A stretch of DNA of 64,000 bases, from contig NC_043000.1 of NCBI RefSeq assembly GCF_006345805.1, positions 130,510,001 through 130,574,000 of the forward strand. The letters run 5' to 3'. Below, in pieces: positions 1 to 13,464 of the stretch. A program made the translations under genes and the position numbers. This DNA comes from Octopus sinensis. Lineage: Eukaryota. The notes under the pieces were generated by a model. It saw nothing but the letters and a program-made list of their open reading frames with translations, was not told the DNA's origin and did not search any database. Every line of letters starts with the position of its first letter. The first letter of the stretch is position 1.

Positions 1-1520
1 GTCTAATTGTTTTCAGGCAGAGAACAAATAAGGACAAATGATTTACACTTCATCAACACGCCCTAGTCTATCTGCTTGTTAATTAGTTGCAATTACGTAA
101 CTTATGCAATTATTAGAATCTACATTGCGTGGAAAGTTTTCTTTTAAATTCTAATATCTGCTTATACTTCTGAAAAAACAAAGGTTACCCAATTATTTGC
201 ACCCTCACATTCTACAAATCGTAAGTTTAATTCAGCGTCAGCCAAATTATTTTGATTCCAGTATCCTTTCATATCTTCAACAACACATACAAGGGTGTTG
301 ATGAAGAAACAGAAAACGGAATAAGAAAAGGAATTTTAATTTACTTTCGTCAGTTTGGCATCATTACAGAAGATGCCCCTCCTCCGATTTTGTTTCCACA
401 TAACTTTCTTAAAAAATGGTTATTTTTAATCACATTTCCAGCAAATACGTTTTTAATTGCATATGTTATGTTTATTTTGGAATTTGTCGTGAAAACAATT
501 TCCACAGTTTTTGGGGGCGAGGATTTTCGAATAATTCATAGGTCTCGAATTTCTTTCCTTGTAACTTGCAGAAAAATGGGTATTTTTAAATAAAATTATC
601 TATAAATACTATGAGATGGTGTAAATTACAATTATATGTTTTTAGCGTGGAAAAAATGTGAAGGTAGTCGATATTTCATGCATGTTTGCGTTGGTTTCCA
701 GATATATGTTGATTTAACTGTTATGCTGTGGGAGGAAAGTTAAATTTAAGGACTATTTCAGTCTTTCGTGAAAAGCTCCCGAAAGGAATCTTTGTAGAAA
801 GGTGAGTGCAACGCTAGCACTTATCATTGAATATATATTACTTCAATTATTTTACCACAATCTTCATCTTTATTTTCTAAACAAATTGAAAGGTGGTCCG
901 TCTTCTATGTGTCTGTTTAATATGTACGAAGAAGGAGGGATCACACGGGTCTCAAAAGTATTTTTTTCAACAGGATTGTAATTAGAACGTATCAGGAAAA
1001 CAAGGTGACAATACGTGAAATACCCGCCACCCAGCACTTTTCCACATTAATTTCCTATATAACTGTTATCTAAATGACTTGAGAGTTATTTGTTGAAAAT
1101 TTCATTATAAAAATACTCATTTTTCTGAAAGCGTTAAGGAAACAAAATTGGGGTGTGTGAAGAATTTTTCACAACAAATTCCATTATGATCGTAATCCAC
1201 ACCACCTGGAACGTGTTCGTGGAGAGTTGCATTAATGAATATTCATTTATGAGAAACTCGTCTTGAAACGAAATCGGCGGGCTCAGTTCTATAGCTATGC
1301 CCTACAATCACTGCAGAAGAACAATTAGACGATACAAAGGAAAATTAGAGGAAACTATCAGAAAAATTACACATATCAAATGTGTAAATAATAGTCTCCA
1401 ACCAGTCGAAAGCTGTCTGCGTGGCGGCCTTTTTGCTGGTGTACGAGATATGTTGATTGCACTACATGGACTACGCAATAAGTAGTTCATTTATTTAAAA
1501 TTTCTCTCTTTCACGCCCCC

Positions 1521-1521
<1 letters not shown>

Positions 1522-1571
<50 letters not shown>

Positions 1572-1600
1572 CTATCTATCTATCTGTATATATATATCGT
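1522..1600. repeat. compound microsatellite (TTTC)n/(TCTA)n/(TA)n
   Basis: Directly visible tandem units. Confidence 0.95.
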
Positions 1601-1812
1601 GTTATGACGTACACGATCTAACATGAAACTGAAAAATTTCTCCATTCATTTTGTAGACGAACCCATAAGTACCACAGTCCGAGGAAGATTCACAGTCCAC
1701 AACTTCGAAGTCACAGGGAGATCCTCAATAGGGCCGCCCCGCCCACACACAACAATGATGATTTAGCTAAGATTGGGATGACAAAGAAGCCTACATATAT
1801 GGAGTACTTCAT

Positions 1813-1878
<66 letters not shown>
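1813..1878. repeat. (GATA)n microsatellite
   Basis: Perfect GATA run. Confidence 0.97.
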
Positions 1879-1879
<1 letters not shown>

Positions 1880-1946
1880 TAAGCATACATAGGTAAAACA
1901 GAAAGCTTAAGAATCAAGTATATAAACGATAGCAACAGTTGAAAAA

Positions 1947-2103
1947 CAAGAAGAAGAAGAAGAAGAAGAAGAAGAAGAAAGAAGAAGAAGAAGAAGAAAG
2001 AAGAAGAAGAGAAGAAGAAGAAGAAGAAGAAGAAGAAGAAGAAGAAGAAGAGAAGAAGAAGAAGAAGAAGAAGAAGAAGAAGAAGAAGAAGAAGAAGAAG
2101 AAG
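1947..2103. repeat. (GAA)n microsatellite
   Basis: Long GAA run with a few slips; source of the poly-K/E/R/L/F ORFs in the track. Confidence 0.97.
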
Positions 2104-3199
2104 AGAGCCAAGATTTTGTGAAATCAATTGAGAATGATATTGATTCAGGTGTTTTGTATTTGTTTATTTGTGTTAGGTGCGTCCTCCACATCAAACGTTG
2201 AAATTAAGATTGTTAAGCTGATAAACAATTAGAGGAAACAGAACGTGTGTCTCAATAAGTTCTGAAATATTGAAAACACCTGTATAAGAACGGCAAAATC
2301 TTTGAAGTTCTCTGTAAAGAATCAACGATAAAGAATAACTTTTTTTTTATAATCAGTTGCATAGGCTGCCTTCATAAATAACATATATGTGGATGTTTTT
2401 ATTGACAGTGTTATGTATGAGAAGGAGCGTGTGTGAGAAGGAGCGTGTGTGAGGAGGAATGAGACAGACAGAGAAAAGAAGAGATAGAGAGAAAGAAGCA
2501 GACTATATTTTCAGCAAACGTTTGTGCGTTTGAATCTTAAAACTCTTTAAATACGTTTGTACATTCAATAGTTGTCTCGTGTTTTTTTTTTCAGAAGATT
2601 CGTGCTAAATATTTATGCACACTTTGATTATATTTGAGGGTGTGTGATAACTCATTTATCAATTTTGAATGTTTACGCCTGGTAACTGTTAATCTTTAAT
2701 TCATAGTTAATAACAGCTTAATTATGGAAGCACTGACACAGCTGTTTCGAAAATATATGTCAAAGAAACAGCCCTTCCCCAACTGAATCGCTTCGTAATA
2801 GCTTCATTTAAACCAATATAAATAATTTCACTAACCAATATTTATATGAGAATGAGTGTATGTGAGTGTGTGTGTGTATATGTGTGTATGTGAGTGTGTG
2901 TGTGTATATGTGTGTGTGTTTGTGTGTGTGTGTAGGTAGGTAGATAGGCATGTTTGTGTTTGTACGTGTGCGCGTATTTACATAGGTATGTAGGATTGGA
3001 TATACAGGCGCATAAATATTTGTGCAATTATATGTATCCCTTTTAGTGAAATAATTATGAATTCATAAAAGGAATTTTGTTTTACTTACATTTTTAGATA
3101 CATAGAAACACACTCACACACGCACATAAGTACATACGCACTCACACACACCCAAAGACACACTCATATACATACATTTCTATATATATTTGTATGTGT

Positions 3200-4540
3200 C
3201 CTGAGTGGGTATAGTCCAGCCACTCCTACAAAGGACCCTGAGAACTACAATCAGGCGAAGAGAATGATTGCACATGTAATAGTGGCTATCATAAAAACCA
3301 CATAGTAAGGTTTAACAGAAAAGTATATATGCAGGTTCAAGGTGCAGCCATTGATGTCAGTGTGGCTGGAGATGTGGCCAGCCTCTTCATGAGCTAGTGG
3401 GACAGAAAACTTAAACAATCGTTAGAAGACCAACCTACAATTATTTTACTTTACTATAAGGTATGTAGATGACATTGATATTCTTGTTAGGACAGATTCA
3501 AGTGACTATAATGTAGAAACCTAGAGGAGCATAATAGAGAGCATCCAGCGAGTAGCTAACTCCATCCAGCAACTTATCAAGGTAGCTATAGATTACCCCC
3601 ACCAGGCACCCTAACAATAGACTCCTTATCTTTGATACTGAACTTTGGTTAGAGACTGTGAACAAGAGAGTGCAGCTCCTCCACTTATATTACATGAAAC
3701 CCATAGCTTCTAAATATGTTGTTCCCAAGAACTCCGTTTGTCACACAACATGAAAATCAATATACTCAAAGCAGACTTAGTTAAAATAATGAACATCCCT
3801 ATGAAACAAATATGTACAGAAATTCATGCATCGCATGCAGGTCTCTGGATATGATTAGAAAAATAGTGGAGCTAGAAAGAAGTTCTCTGGATATGATTAG
3901 AAAGACAGGGGAGCTAGAAAGAAGTTAACATTATATTTAATGAAACCTGTGATATCTGCCCTAGACATAGCAGTAAAGAGTGGAATAGGATACAAATAGT
4001 TTGTGACAAAGCAAACAGAGTGAACACGTAGTACAAGACCGACAAATATCAAAGCTTGAGGTGGACTGTAGAGGCCACAGCCCATGGAAAACTAGCCAGA
4101 ACATTTAGGAAAGCTCTGAAGAAGGTCAAACTCAACATTAAGATCATTGAAAGGCCAGGGATCTCCATCAGATCACAACTATGTAGGACGTACTCTTTGA
4201 GAATACCGTATGCACCAATGGTAACTGCATGATATGTAAGATTAACCCTGGCGTTAACTGTTGAACTAGAAATGTATTCTACAGCATAAGGTGCATAGAG
4301 GATGCTTGTAAAGACAAGAACATCGTATATAGGGGAGACATCTAGAAGCATTGTGGAGAGACTAAATGAACATTTGAGACAATATGACAACAAAAAAACA
4401 GTCCACCATATTCTACCAACAGGCCTAAGACCAACATGGAGGCACCCTAGGTCAACTTGACATCCGCATTTTATCCAAGCACCCGAAGGACACAACAGTC
4501 TGAGAAACACAGGAGTACGTCCTCTTAAATGAAATACTCG
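3200..4540 (+). pseudogene. degenerate Penelope-like element RT + GIY-YIG endonuclease (5'-truncated)
   Basis: Translates with stops and frameshifts as VRFNRKVYMQVQGAAIDVSVAGDVASLFM (~3305-3390), IRYVDDIDIL (~3456-3485) and TSYIGETSRSIVERLNEHLRQY (~4320-4385). These are PLE RT motifs followed by a GIY-YIG domain. Confidence 0.85.
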
Positions 4541-4846
4541 CAGTACTAAATAGGAAATATACGCAGAAGATAGTCATACCCACACTTCATATCAACACAG
4601 ATTTGTTAATAGTGTGTTATGTAAACGTATATATATATATGTATACGTGTGTATATGTATATATGTATATATATATATATGTGTGTGTGTTTGTGTGTGT
4701 GTGTGTGTATGTATGTGTGTGTGTATGTGTGTGTGTAGGTAAGTAGATATCTAAGTAAACTGGTAGATAAACAGATAGAGAAGTACACAGGTAATACGGC
4801 CAAATAACACACACACATACCCATACATACAAACGTACTTACACGC

Positions 4847-4878
<32 letters not shown>

Positions 4879-4984
4879 ATATATATGCATACAGACAGAT
4901 ACATACATGCATGCACACATATACATGCATGCATAATTACATGCAAGCATGCATACATACGTACTTACATATATACATACATAC

Positions 4985-5061
4985 AAACACACATACATAC
5001 ATACATACATACATACATACATACATACATACATACATACATACATACATACATACATACA

Positions 5062-5090
<29 letters not shown>
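4985..5090. repeat. (ACAT)n microsatellite within a larger TA/TG/ACAT compound tract (4625-5090)
   Basis: Directly visible. Confidence 0.95.
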
Positions 5091-5092
<2 letters not shown>

Positions 5093-5718
5093 GTGTCTCT
5101 ACATGCATACTGACGTACACACTTGCGCTCAAACAAAAATCAAAAAGAACGCAACTCTGGTAACGGACACTCAACGAGTGAAAATCGAACCGGTGGGTGT
5201 GTAAAAATAATAAGGTACTAAAAGAGAATAACGCTCCCCCATACACTAAATTTTCCTTCAACACTCCAATTCACATATAGAATCTTGCAAACCAAATACA
5301 GAAACTAAATATGTATGAATTATTTCTTTGAAAAGATATATATTTCCTTGTATACAACACACATATGAACACGCATTATATCATTGAACAAATTCTTTTA
5401 TACACACATGAACACATACATGCATATACTTAGTGATACTTATCAATGGTTTTCTTTATATATATATATATATATATACATATTGTTTTGTGTTATGCAC
5501 ACATTCACAGACATATCATATATGTATGTATGTATGTATGTATGTACATGTACGCATGTGCTTATGGTTACGTGCTAGATCATTAAAGGTTTTAGCAATG
5601 TTATATAATATGTTGCTCCTATAGCAATTACTCGATAGAATTTAGAGAATTTACCTCAATTATTCTCCCATCAGCATGTCGTGAATAGAAGTAATTATAG
5701 TTAGTACTAATACTTTTT

Positions 5719-6014
5719 GTGGAGGCATATGGCCCAGTGGTTAGAGCAGCGAAGTCGCGGTCGAGGGATCGCGGGTTCGTATCTCAGACCGGGCGATGTG
5801 TGTATTTATGAGCGAAACACCTGAGCTCCACGCGGCTCCGGCAAAAGGTAATGGCGAGATTCTGCTGTATCTTTCGCCACGACTTTCTCTCACTCTTGCA
5901 TCTAGCAGCTCGCTTGCGACGGACCTGTGTCCCCGCCACGTGAGGGAACCTATACGCCAATGAAACCAGGAAACCGGCCCTTATGTGTCAGGCATGGCTC
6001 GGGAAGGAGCAACA
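5719..6014 (+). mobile_element. tRNA-derived SINE, head 1 + core 1 + tail X variant
   Basis: A-box TGGCCCAGTGG and B-box-like GGTTCGTATCT; shared core gagcgaaacacctgagctccacg; imperfect TSD actaatacttttt/actaatattttt. Confidence 0.85.
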
Positions 6015-6386
6015 ACTAATATTTTTAACCATTGTGTCCCGTATGGTCTATGGTACCCGACGATTTTATGGTGATTCTTAAAACGCCATCTATTTAGATT
6101 ACAAGAATGAAATATATTATTAATATCAGATACTTAGACTTATGGGATTTTATTTCGTTAGCTGAGCTACGATAAATATATCCTTCATATTCCAACTTAC
6201 CGTTTAAAAAGGCAGAAAAGTATGTTATATAACGTACTCCTAGATAAACTATGCCATTAAAAAGATAAGATATTCTTCTCAAGAAGAAATTTCATTATAT
6301 TCCTATTCAGTTAGAATTAGCCAGAAGTTAGAAATAACAACGTAGAGCTAAATGGTCTTGAAAATATATATGTATCTTATTTACTG

Positions 6387-6711
6387 AGAGGCCCAATGGC
6401 CCAGTGGTTAGGGTAGCGGACTCGCGGTCGGTGGTTCGCGCTTTCGTATTCCCAGACCGGGCGTTGTGTGTGTTTATTGAGCGAAAACATCTAAAAGCTC
6501 CACGAGGTTCCGGCAGGGTGTGGTGGTGACCCCTGTTGTACTCTTTTGCCACAACTTTCTCTCACTCTCTCTTCCTGATTCTTGAGTAACGCTGCGATAG
6601 ACTGGCATCCCGTCCAGCTGGGGGGGGGGGCACATACGCCACAGAAACCGGGAAACCGGGCTCATGAGCCTGGCTAGGCTTGAAAAAAGGCGACGTTTAT
6701 CGTTTTATCGT
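6387..6711 (+). mobile_element. tRNA-derived SINE, head 1 + core 1 + tail X
   Basis: Head ggcccaatggcccagtggttagggtagcggactcgcggtcg; 14-bp TSD tatcttatttactg (6373) / tatcttattcactg (6712); same tail as the copy at 26901. Confidence 0.9.
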
Positions 6712-7368
6712 TATCTTATTCACTGACACCACAGCATATCAATCACAGCTCAGAAGTCGGTGAGCTTTCTGCTTGTTATTTAGTCACTTACTGACTCAGC
6801 CATTTGCCGTTTCAGTGTGAAACTGAAAAAAAAAGTTGTAAAAATAAGGGAACATAAAATAAACGAGTGTTTGGTGATCTTTTCTACTGCAGTCTTCGTT
6901 TACCTCCATAGAAATGTTACCTGCGAACGTGTGGCGAAATAACTGCTTCGAGCCAGATATTAGAGGTTACACCTTGTAGGACAAATGATATGAAAAGAGA
7001 GACTGTATTGGTCAACAATACAGATAGAAGTTGAAGCCACAGGGTGAGACAGAGAACTTAATGCTTTTGTGTGCCAGTGCATATCGCAACTTGTTACGCG
7101 AACGTCAGCCAGTTTTCTAGGATAGCTGTGTGGGTATCATCAGTATTGCATAAGAAATAAGAAACATACTCTACTATGGGCTATATGCCAGCTTTGAAGA
7201 TGATCAGAAACGTATAAGGGTGGAGGAGAATGCGCTGGTCCTGATGATTGGCTTAGTTTTTAAAATGGCGTTTTGATCATGCTTTATACATGGGGTTGTA
7301 ACGAGATAAATATGGATTATGAAGTGTAGCACTTATTTCCCACATTGATGCTTTCTTGTATGTTATAT

Positions 7369-7733
7369 CACCGTGATCACCGTGATCGACCAGGCTATCA
7401 GATGTTGCTACACATCGCTGGTCACAATGCGCTTCGCATTGTTTTAGCCTTCAAAGGACGCCACCCCGCTGGCTAAGCGAGCAGGCCAACAGAAGAAAGA
7501 GTGAGAGAAAGTTGTAGAGTGAGAGAAAGTTGTAGAGTGAGAGAAAGTTGTAGAGTGAGAGAAAGTTGTAGCGAAAGAGTACAGCAGGGATCGCCACCAT
7601 CCCCTGCCTGAACCTCGTGGAGCTTTAGGTGTTTTCGCTCAATAAACACTCACAACGCCTGGTCTGGGAATCGAAACCGTGATCTTATGACCGCGAGTCC
7701 GCTGCCCTAATCACTGGGCCATTGCGCCTCCAC
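7369..7733 (-). mobile_element. tRNA-derived SINE, head 1 + core 1 + tail Y, with internal 4 x 18-bp expansion
   Basis: Reverse-complement head at 7680-7733; gagtgagagaaagttgta x4 at 7499-7570; TSD gtatgttatat/gtatgtcatat. Confidence 0.9.
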
Positions 7734-7888
7734 GTATGTCATATATGAAACGAAAATGTTTAGAATAAGAGTATTACTTTGATAAGTGTGAGCACGGTAC
7801 ATGTACTGCTGAAAGGGCATAAATTATTCATTCCATACAAGAAAGTCCTCAAGGTCTCTACTTATCAAAGACGACGCAGGATAATATA

Positions 7889-8274
7889 TATAGGAGCACT
7901 CCGTCGGTTGCGACGATGAGGGTCCCTGCTGATACGATCAACGGAACAGCCTGCCCGTGATATTAACGTGCAAGTGACTGAGCACTCCACAGACACGTGT
8001 ACCCTTAACGTAGTTCTCGGGGATATTCAGCGTGACACAGAGAGTGACAAGGCTGGCCCTTTGAAATACAGGTACAAGAGAAGCAGGAAGAAAGAGCGAG
8101 AGAAAGTTGTGGTGAAAGAGTACAGCAGGGTTCACCACCACCCCCTGCCGGAGCCTCGTGGAGCTTTAGGTGTTTTCGCTCAATAAACACTCACAATGCC
8201 CGGTCTGGGAATCGAAACCGCGATCCTACGACCGCGAGTCCGTTGCCCTAACCACTGGGCTATTGCGCTTCCAC
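7889..8274 (-). mobile_element. tRNA-derived SINE, head 1 + core 1 + tail Z
   Basis: Head/core match the copies at 6387 and 7369; the tail matches 10943-11105 and 12750-12935; TSD gcaggataatata/gcaggatactata. Confidence 0.9.
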
Positions 8275-8965
8275 GCAGGATACTATAGATGCATACTGTC
8301 GCATGTGAATGATCCCGAAGTAGAAAAGCGTACGGAATAAAGGCAATGATCTCATCTATGTGTTAGATATAAGAAGTAGGCCATTACTGATTTATATATT
8401 ATACTTGCGTGCCTGTGGCAGTTTGTCACATTTAAATATGAATTGTATATGTAATACAGTGAATAATCATTGTGGTTCATCCTTCATTTGATATTAAATT
8501 TCGAGTCAACTTGAACTTGCCGACCTATAAACAAAGGTATTTGAATTATGATGATACCGTATTTCTAGATGTAAGAGTAGGACCACATATATCTTATGTT
8601 ATGTCCTTTCCTTTCTCTAAAGATTGAGGTGGGGTTTGGAGAAAATCTATTTGCTATTCCAAGCAGATCGAGTGACTGTGGAAGCTGCTCCTTTGGATCA
8701 AATAACTTTAACGTAAATTTGGTTATGAGAATATATTGTGATATACGTTACAGAGAGAGAGAGAGAAAGAGAGTGATAGAGAGAGATTGACAGAGAGAGA
8801 GAGTGACAGAGTGACACAGCGAGAGAGAGAGAGAGATAAAAAGAGAAAGAGAGACAGAGAATATCAGACTGTCCGAGCGAGTACATGTATATGTGTGTAT
8901 GTGTGTACTAGTGCTTGTGCGAGATACGCTTATAAGTTTGGTGTATGACTTCTCTGTATTTGTGT

Positions 8966-8996
<31 letters not shown>

Positions 8997-9319
8997 ATGT
9001 GTGTGTGCGTGTGTGTGTGTGTGTGTGTTTGTGTGTGTGTGCGTGTGTGTGTGTATTTGTGTGTGTGTGTGTCTGTGTGTGTACGTTTGCGTTGATGTGT
9101 GTATGATAATGTGTACCACGTGTGTTACATGCGTGTTATTTGAGCATTTATTTTCACGAGTATTGCTTATGTATCTTTAGCATTTGTCTATTCTGTACTA
9201 TCTATAAATGTGTTTGAATTTGGTGATTGAGTGAATGATTGAATGAATGAGTGAGTGAGTGAGTGAGTGAGTGAGTGACTGAGTGAGTGAGTGAGTGAGT
9301 GTGTGAGTGAGTTAGTGTG

Positions 9320-9475
9320 TTAGTGAGTGTAGAAATATGTTTCTGTACGCTTATGTATATACATAGCAGAATTAGTGAGTGTAGATATATGTTTGTGTAC
9401 GCTTATGTATATACATAGCAGAATTAGTGAGTGTAGATATATGTTTGTGTACGCTTATGTATATACATAACAGAA
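9320..9475. repeat. 3 x 52-bp minisatellite
   Basis: ttagtgagtgtaga(a/t)atatgttt(c/g)tgtacgcttatgtatatacata(g/a)cagaa starting at 9320, 9372 and 9424. Confidence 0.95.
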
Positions 9476-10560
9476 CGACTAATATTCTCTTGTGAGTGTG
9501 TCTGTGTGTTTGTGTGTTCGAGTGCGTGTGTATGGTTACAAAGTGTGACCTTCATAGTTGAAACGCCATGTGTAGAAGAAGGTCAGAAATGCAGCTTTGA
9601 TCGATCACACTGTAGCAAAAAGGAAATCAAAATGGATTCCTTAATCGGCCATTTTGGCGGAAAGATCAAAACCGAGTGCCATTTGTCGAACTGATTCACT
9701 GATCTGCAAGATGGAATTAAAGCAAGAAGGAAAAACAAAAACGAAAAATATAAACTGCATTAGAGACGCGCTGTCATATCAAATGTGTAGTTTGTAACAA
9801 CGTTGCCGTTTTAAGATAAAATAACTGTTTATAGATTTGTGTTCCCATTTCAACTATCATACTAAGACTAATAACAGGGGAACACCTTATGGTTAAGTAG
9901 TAGTAGTAGTAGTAGTGGTGGTGTACATGTACATACATACATTTATCATAATCGATCTCAATCATTCGTAAATCGGAGCTAAAGGGTAACAACATGGGGT
10001 ACCTCCACAGGGTAACCAACGATGGAGTAACAGAGGTGGGCATTCCAAGTAATTTATAAAACCGATCAGATCTCCTTAAAATTAAGTACTTATAGACTGT
10101 TAAAGCTGCTAGAAATTGCAGTTAAATATCCTTCAAATTACAATCTACATTTTAAACTTACATATTAGAAGTATAATGAAGATGCAGTCGTCATGTCTGG
10201 AACACTTTCATATTCGGTCTCTTGATTGGACCTAAAGTTAGGATAAACCACAAGGTGGTAAACAGCAACCGAGTTTCTGAACTGTCATTTAGAATACCAG
10301 AACTAACAGTGAAATTTATTTCTCTCAAATTAAACCTATAGTTTTAAAAAAGTAGGGGGATACATAGGAAAAATTGTTGTCTCCGATATAGAAAGACGAT
10401 AGGGCTTAAACACCATTTAAGCTTAGTCCATCAAAACCAACCTGGTACTAAACATCAACAACTTAAAATACCTCCCGCAGGAGATCTACCTGCTAAAAGT
10501 AGCAACCAAACTTTTGCGAATCATGTACTATTACCTTCAAAATGGGAGGATACATTGGAT

Positions 10561-10901
10561 CAGTGGTTCTCAACTGGGATCCATATGACCCTTGAGGGTC
10601 CATAGAAGATTCTGGAGGATGCGTTCGATAAAATAATTAATTGAGGATCCACAATAGTATTTTAAGTGTCCATGAAAGCCCTTTTTGTTTTAGACATATT
10701 TATTGCAAGAAACAGCTAGGTCTCTTTCTCTAACGTTTTCCATAGTTCAACCTGCACAAGTTGATGTGCGCAAAACAAAATAGGAACTTTGAAAGAAGCT
10801 TCTATACAACTAGTTTTTAAACGTCGAATGGCTATGGGGGTCCACCAGAATAAAATAGTAATCAAGGAGATCCATAGATGATAAATGGTTGATAATCTCT
10901 G
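10561..10901. mobile_element. hAT-type (Charlie-like) MITE
   Basis: Left end cagtggttctcaac, right end gttgataatctctg (degenerate TIR); flanking 8-mers cattggat/cattagac (6/8 match) fit an 8-bp TSD; no ORF. Confidence 0.7.
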
Positions 10902-10942
10902 CATTAGACAATGTAATATCTGATATAGGGGAAGAATTCTGT

Positions 10943-11244
10943 AGGTTACGACGATGAGGGTCCCAGCTGATACGATCAATGAAACAGCTTACTCGTGAAA
11001 TTAACGTGCAAGCGGCTGAGCACTCCACAGACACGTGTACCCATAACGTAGTTCTCGGGGAGATTCAGCGTGACACAGAGTGTGAAAAGGCTGGCCCCTT
11101 CAAATACTCATTTTTGCCAGCTGAGTGAACTGGAGCTACGTGAAATAAAATGTCTTGGTCAAGGACACAACGTGTCGCAGGAAATTGAACTCACGACCTT
11201 ACGTTGGTGGGACGAATGCCTTAACGACTATGCCACACGCCTTC
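10943..11244 (-). mobile_element. tRNA-derived SINE, head 2 (CORE-like central domain) + tail Z
   Basis: On the minus strand: tRNA-like head, then gtgtccttgaccaagacattttatttcacgtagctccagttcactcagctg (as in the 31776/54346 family), joined at ~11107 to the tail carried by the 7889 and 12750 copies. Confidence 0.8.
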
Positions 11245-11429
11245 ACTGATACGCGCAATGACGGTCAACCCAGGCTGGAGAAACTCAAATGATTCCAATA
11301 GAGCTTCACTACCAAGATATTAAGGAAAATCACAATTTACTAAATTAATACAATTTGCCAAATACATTATCCTGGAGATAGCGTGTTCGTACTAGTATCA
11401 CTATGTAGCTATCTTTCGTATATGCATAC

Positions 11430-11468
<39 letters not shown>

Positions 11469-11865
11469 GTATATGTGTGTGTGCTCGTGTCTGTGTGTCT
11501 GTATGTGTGTGTATGCATATATATACATATACGTACAAACAAATATATATTGGAACACAGATATACGTATATGAAGTAAAACGGAAAAAATATTTCCGTG
11601 TTTTTCAAATTTGTCATATCGTCAGTAATTTCAGAAACAAAAACTAACCTGAAATATGATAAACATAGGATGGCTCGAAAAATCTAATTTGAACGATAAT
11701 ATTATTTATAAGAGATTTAATACTATTCGTAATTGGGGAATATAAATTCCATTTTACTATCTTTCAGTCGTATACATTATAATTCACAATCTCTAAATTT
11801 TCATGTGTGCATACATATAATTATATATCAGTGTATCATCTACACACACACATATATGTATATAT

Positions 11866-11902
<37 letters not shown>

Positions 11903-12071
11903 TATGTATATATACATATATATACATACATACATACATACATAAATATATATATATATTTATGTATGTATGTATATATATCTATATATGTATATGTGCC
12001 CCAGCATGGCCGCGGCCTTCGGGCTAAAACATTTTTAAGGATTTTATACATACATATCTATCTATCTATCG

Positions 12072-12108
<37 letters not shown>

Positions 12109-12278
12109 ATATGTATGTATATATACATATATATAAATGTTTGCATGTATATATATATATATATGTGTGTATGCATGTATGCATAGATATATTGATATAG
12201 GAAATAGTTGACAGTGGTTTCGCTGTTACAGTGATCAAGTCACTATCTACGATTTTCTTTATATATACACACACGCAT

Positions 12279-12337
<59 letters not shown>

Positions 12338-12749
12338 CATACATATATACATGCATGCATACCTACATGCATACAGACACGCGCACACGCGAAAACACAT
12401 ACACACATATGTAAAATAGGCAAATTAGCTAGTTTGAAAATCTGTGTAAAGGAAGGAAGCGCTAACAATACTTTGAAATAACATTTAATGCCACTTAAAC
12501 ATGGCCTCCTCCAGTTGGTTATTCGATCTAATCTGCATTCGATATATATTACAATCAAGGGAGTGAACCCTTACTACCAACCTCCCACGAGACCACCAGA
12601 CCGTATGGTTTCCTACGGAACAGCCATGTTGAAGTGACGTTAGATATTACTTCTCGTTATAGTTACTGCTTTCATCACTAATTGAGATTTTCTAACTAGC
12701 TGCTTTGATTATTGCAAGATCGGTGAGTATGCCATTTGTTCTCTATATA

Positions 12750-12986
12750 GGAAGCACTCCGTCGGTTACGACGACGAGGGTTCCGGCTGATCCGAATCAA
12801 CGGAACAGCCTGCTCGTGAAATTAATGTGCAAGTGGCTGAGCACTCCACAGACACGTGTACCCTTAACGTAGTTCTCGGGGATATTCAGCGTGACAAAGA
12901 GAGTGAGAAGGCCGGCCCTTTGAAATACAGGTACAACAGAAACAGCGAGTCCGCTGCCCTAACCACTGGGGCATTGCGCCTCCACG
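12750..12986 (-). mobile_element. internally deleted SINE (5' part of head 1 fused to tail Z)
   Basis: About 45 bp of head 1 directly joined to tail Z; perfect 13-bp TSD tgttctctatata at 12737 and 12987. Confidence 0.85.
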
Positions 12987-13464
12987 TGTTCTCTATATAT
13001 TGCGAGATGGAATGAACTACTGTTATCTCTAGTTGTTGAGTATCCACCTTCGAGAATGACCACAAACAGATCGAAAGAGTACGGCCTGGTGGTCTCGGGG
13101 TTGTTGCATAGGAAACATCCGTCGATAAACATTAGTTCTATATATGTAAATGTACGTGAATATGTGTCCAATTGTGGCTGTTCCGTAGGATAGGGATTCA
13201 TTCGCTTGCTTGCAATATATATTGGATGCAGTTGCCATCGAATAACCAGCTGGAGGAGGCGTCGGTTGTTATGGAACAGTCATGTTTAAGTGGTAATAGA
13301 TATTACTTCACAGTATAATCATTGCTTTCTTCTTGTATGCAGATTTTCCAACTAGCTAATTATATATATATAAGGGTTAAAAATTGATATTAATTAGATT
13401 AATATCAATTTAAACCAGAAGCCTAGCATATTGAAAAAGATCTGAAGATTCAGAAAATTATATT

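Noticed and set aside
252-593. 113-aa ORF with FNNTYKGVD, faintly like the piggyBac YN...GGVD motif
   Set aside because: Only one weak motif and no other transposase motifs or TTAA ends; the region is better explained by decayed repeats.
6201-6239. 39-nt minus-strand exon candidate (VRYITYFSAFLN) with a gtaagt donor
   Set aside because: The acceptor is weak and its phase is incompatible with the 6792-6822 candidate; no recognisable domain.
10100-10560. Several decayed copies of a ctgctagaaa.agcag-type dispersed repeat (also ~39850-39960 and ~62100-62220)
   Set aside because: Probably a real old repeat family, but too degenerate to bound or classify by eye.
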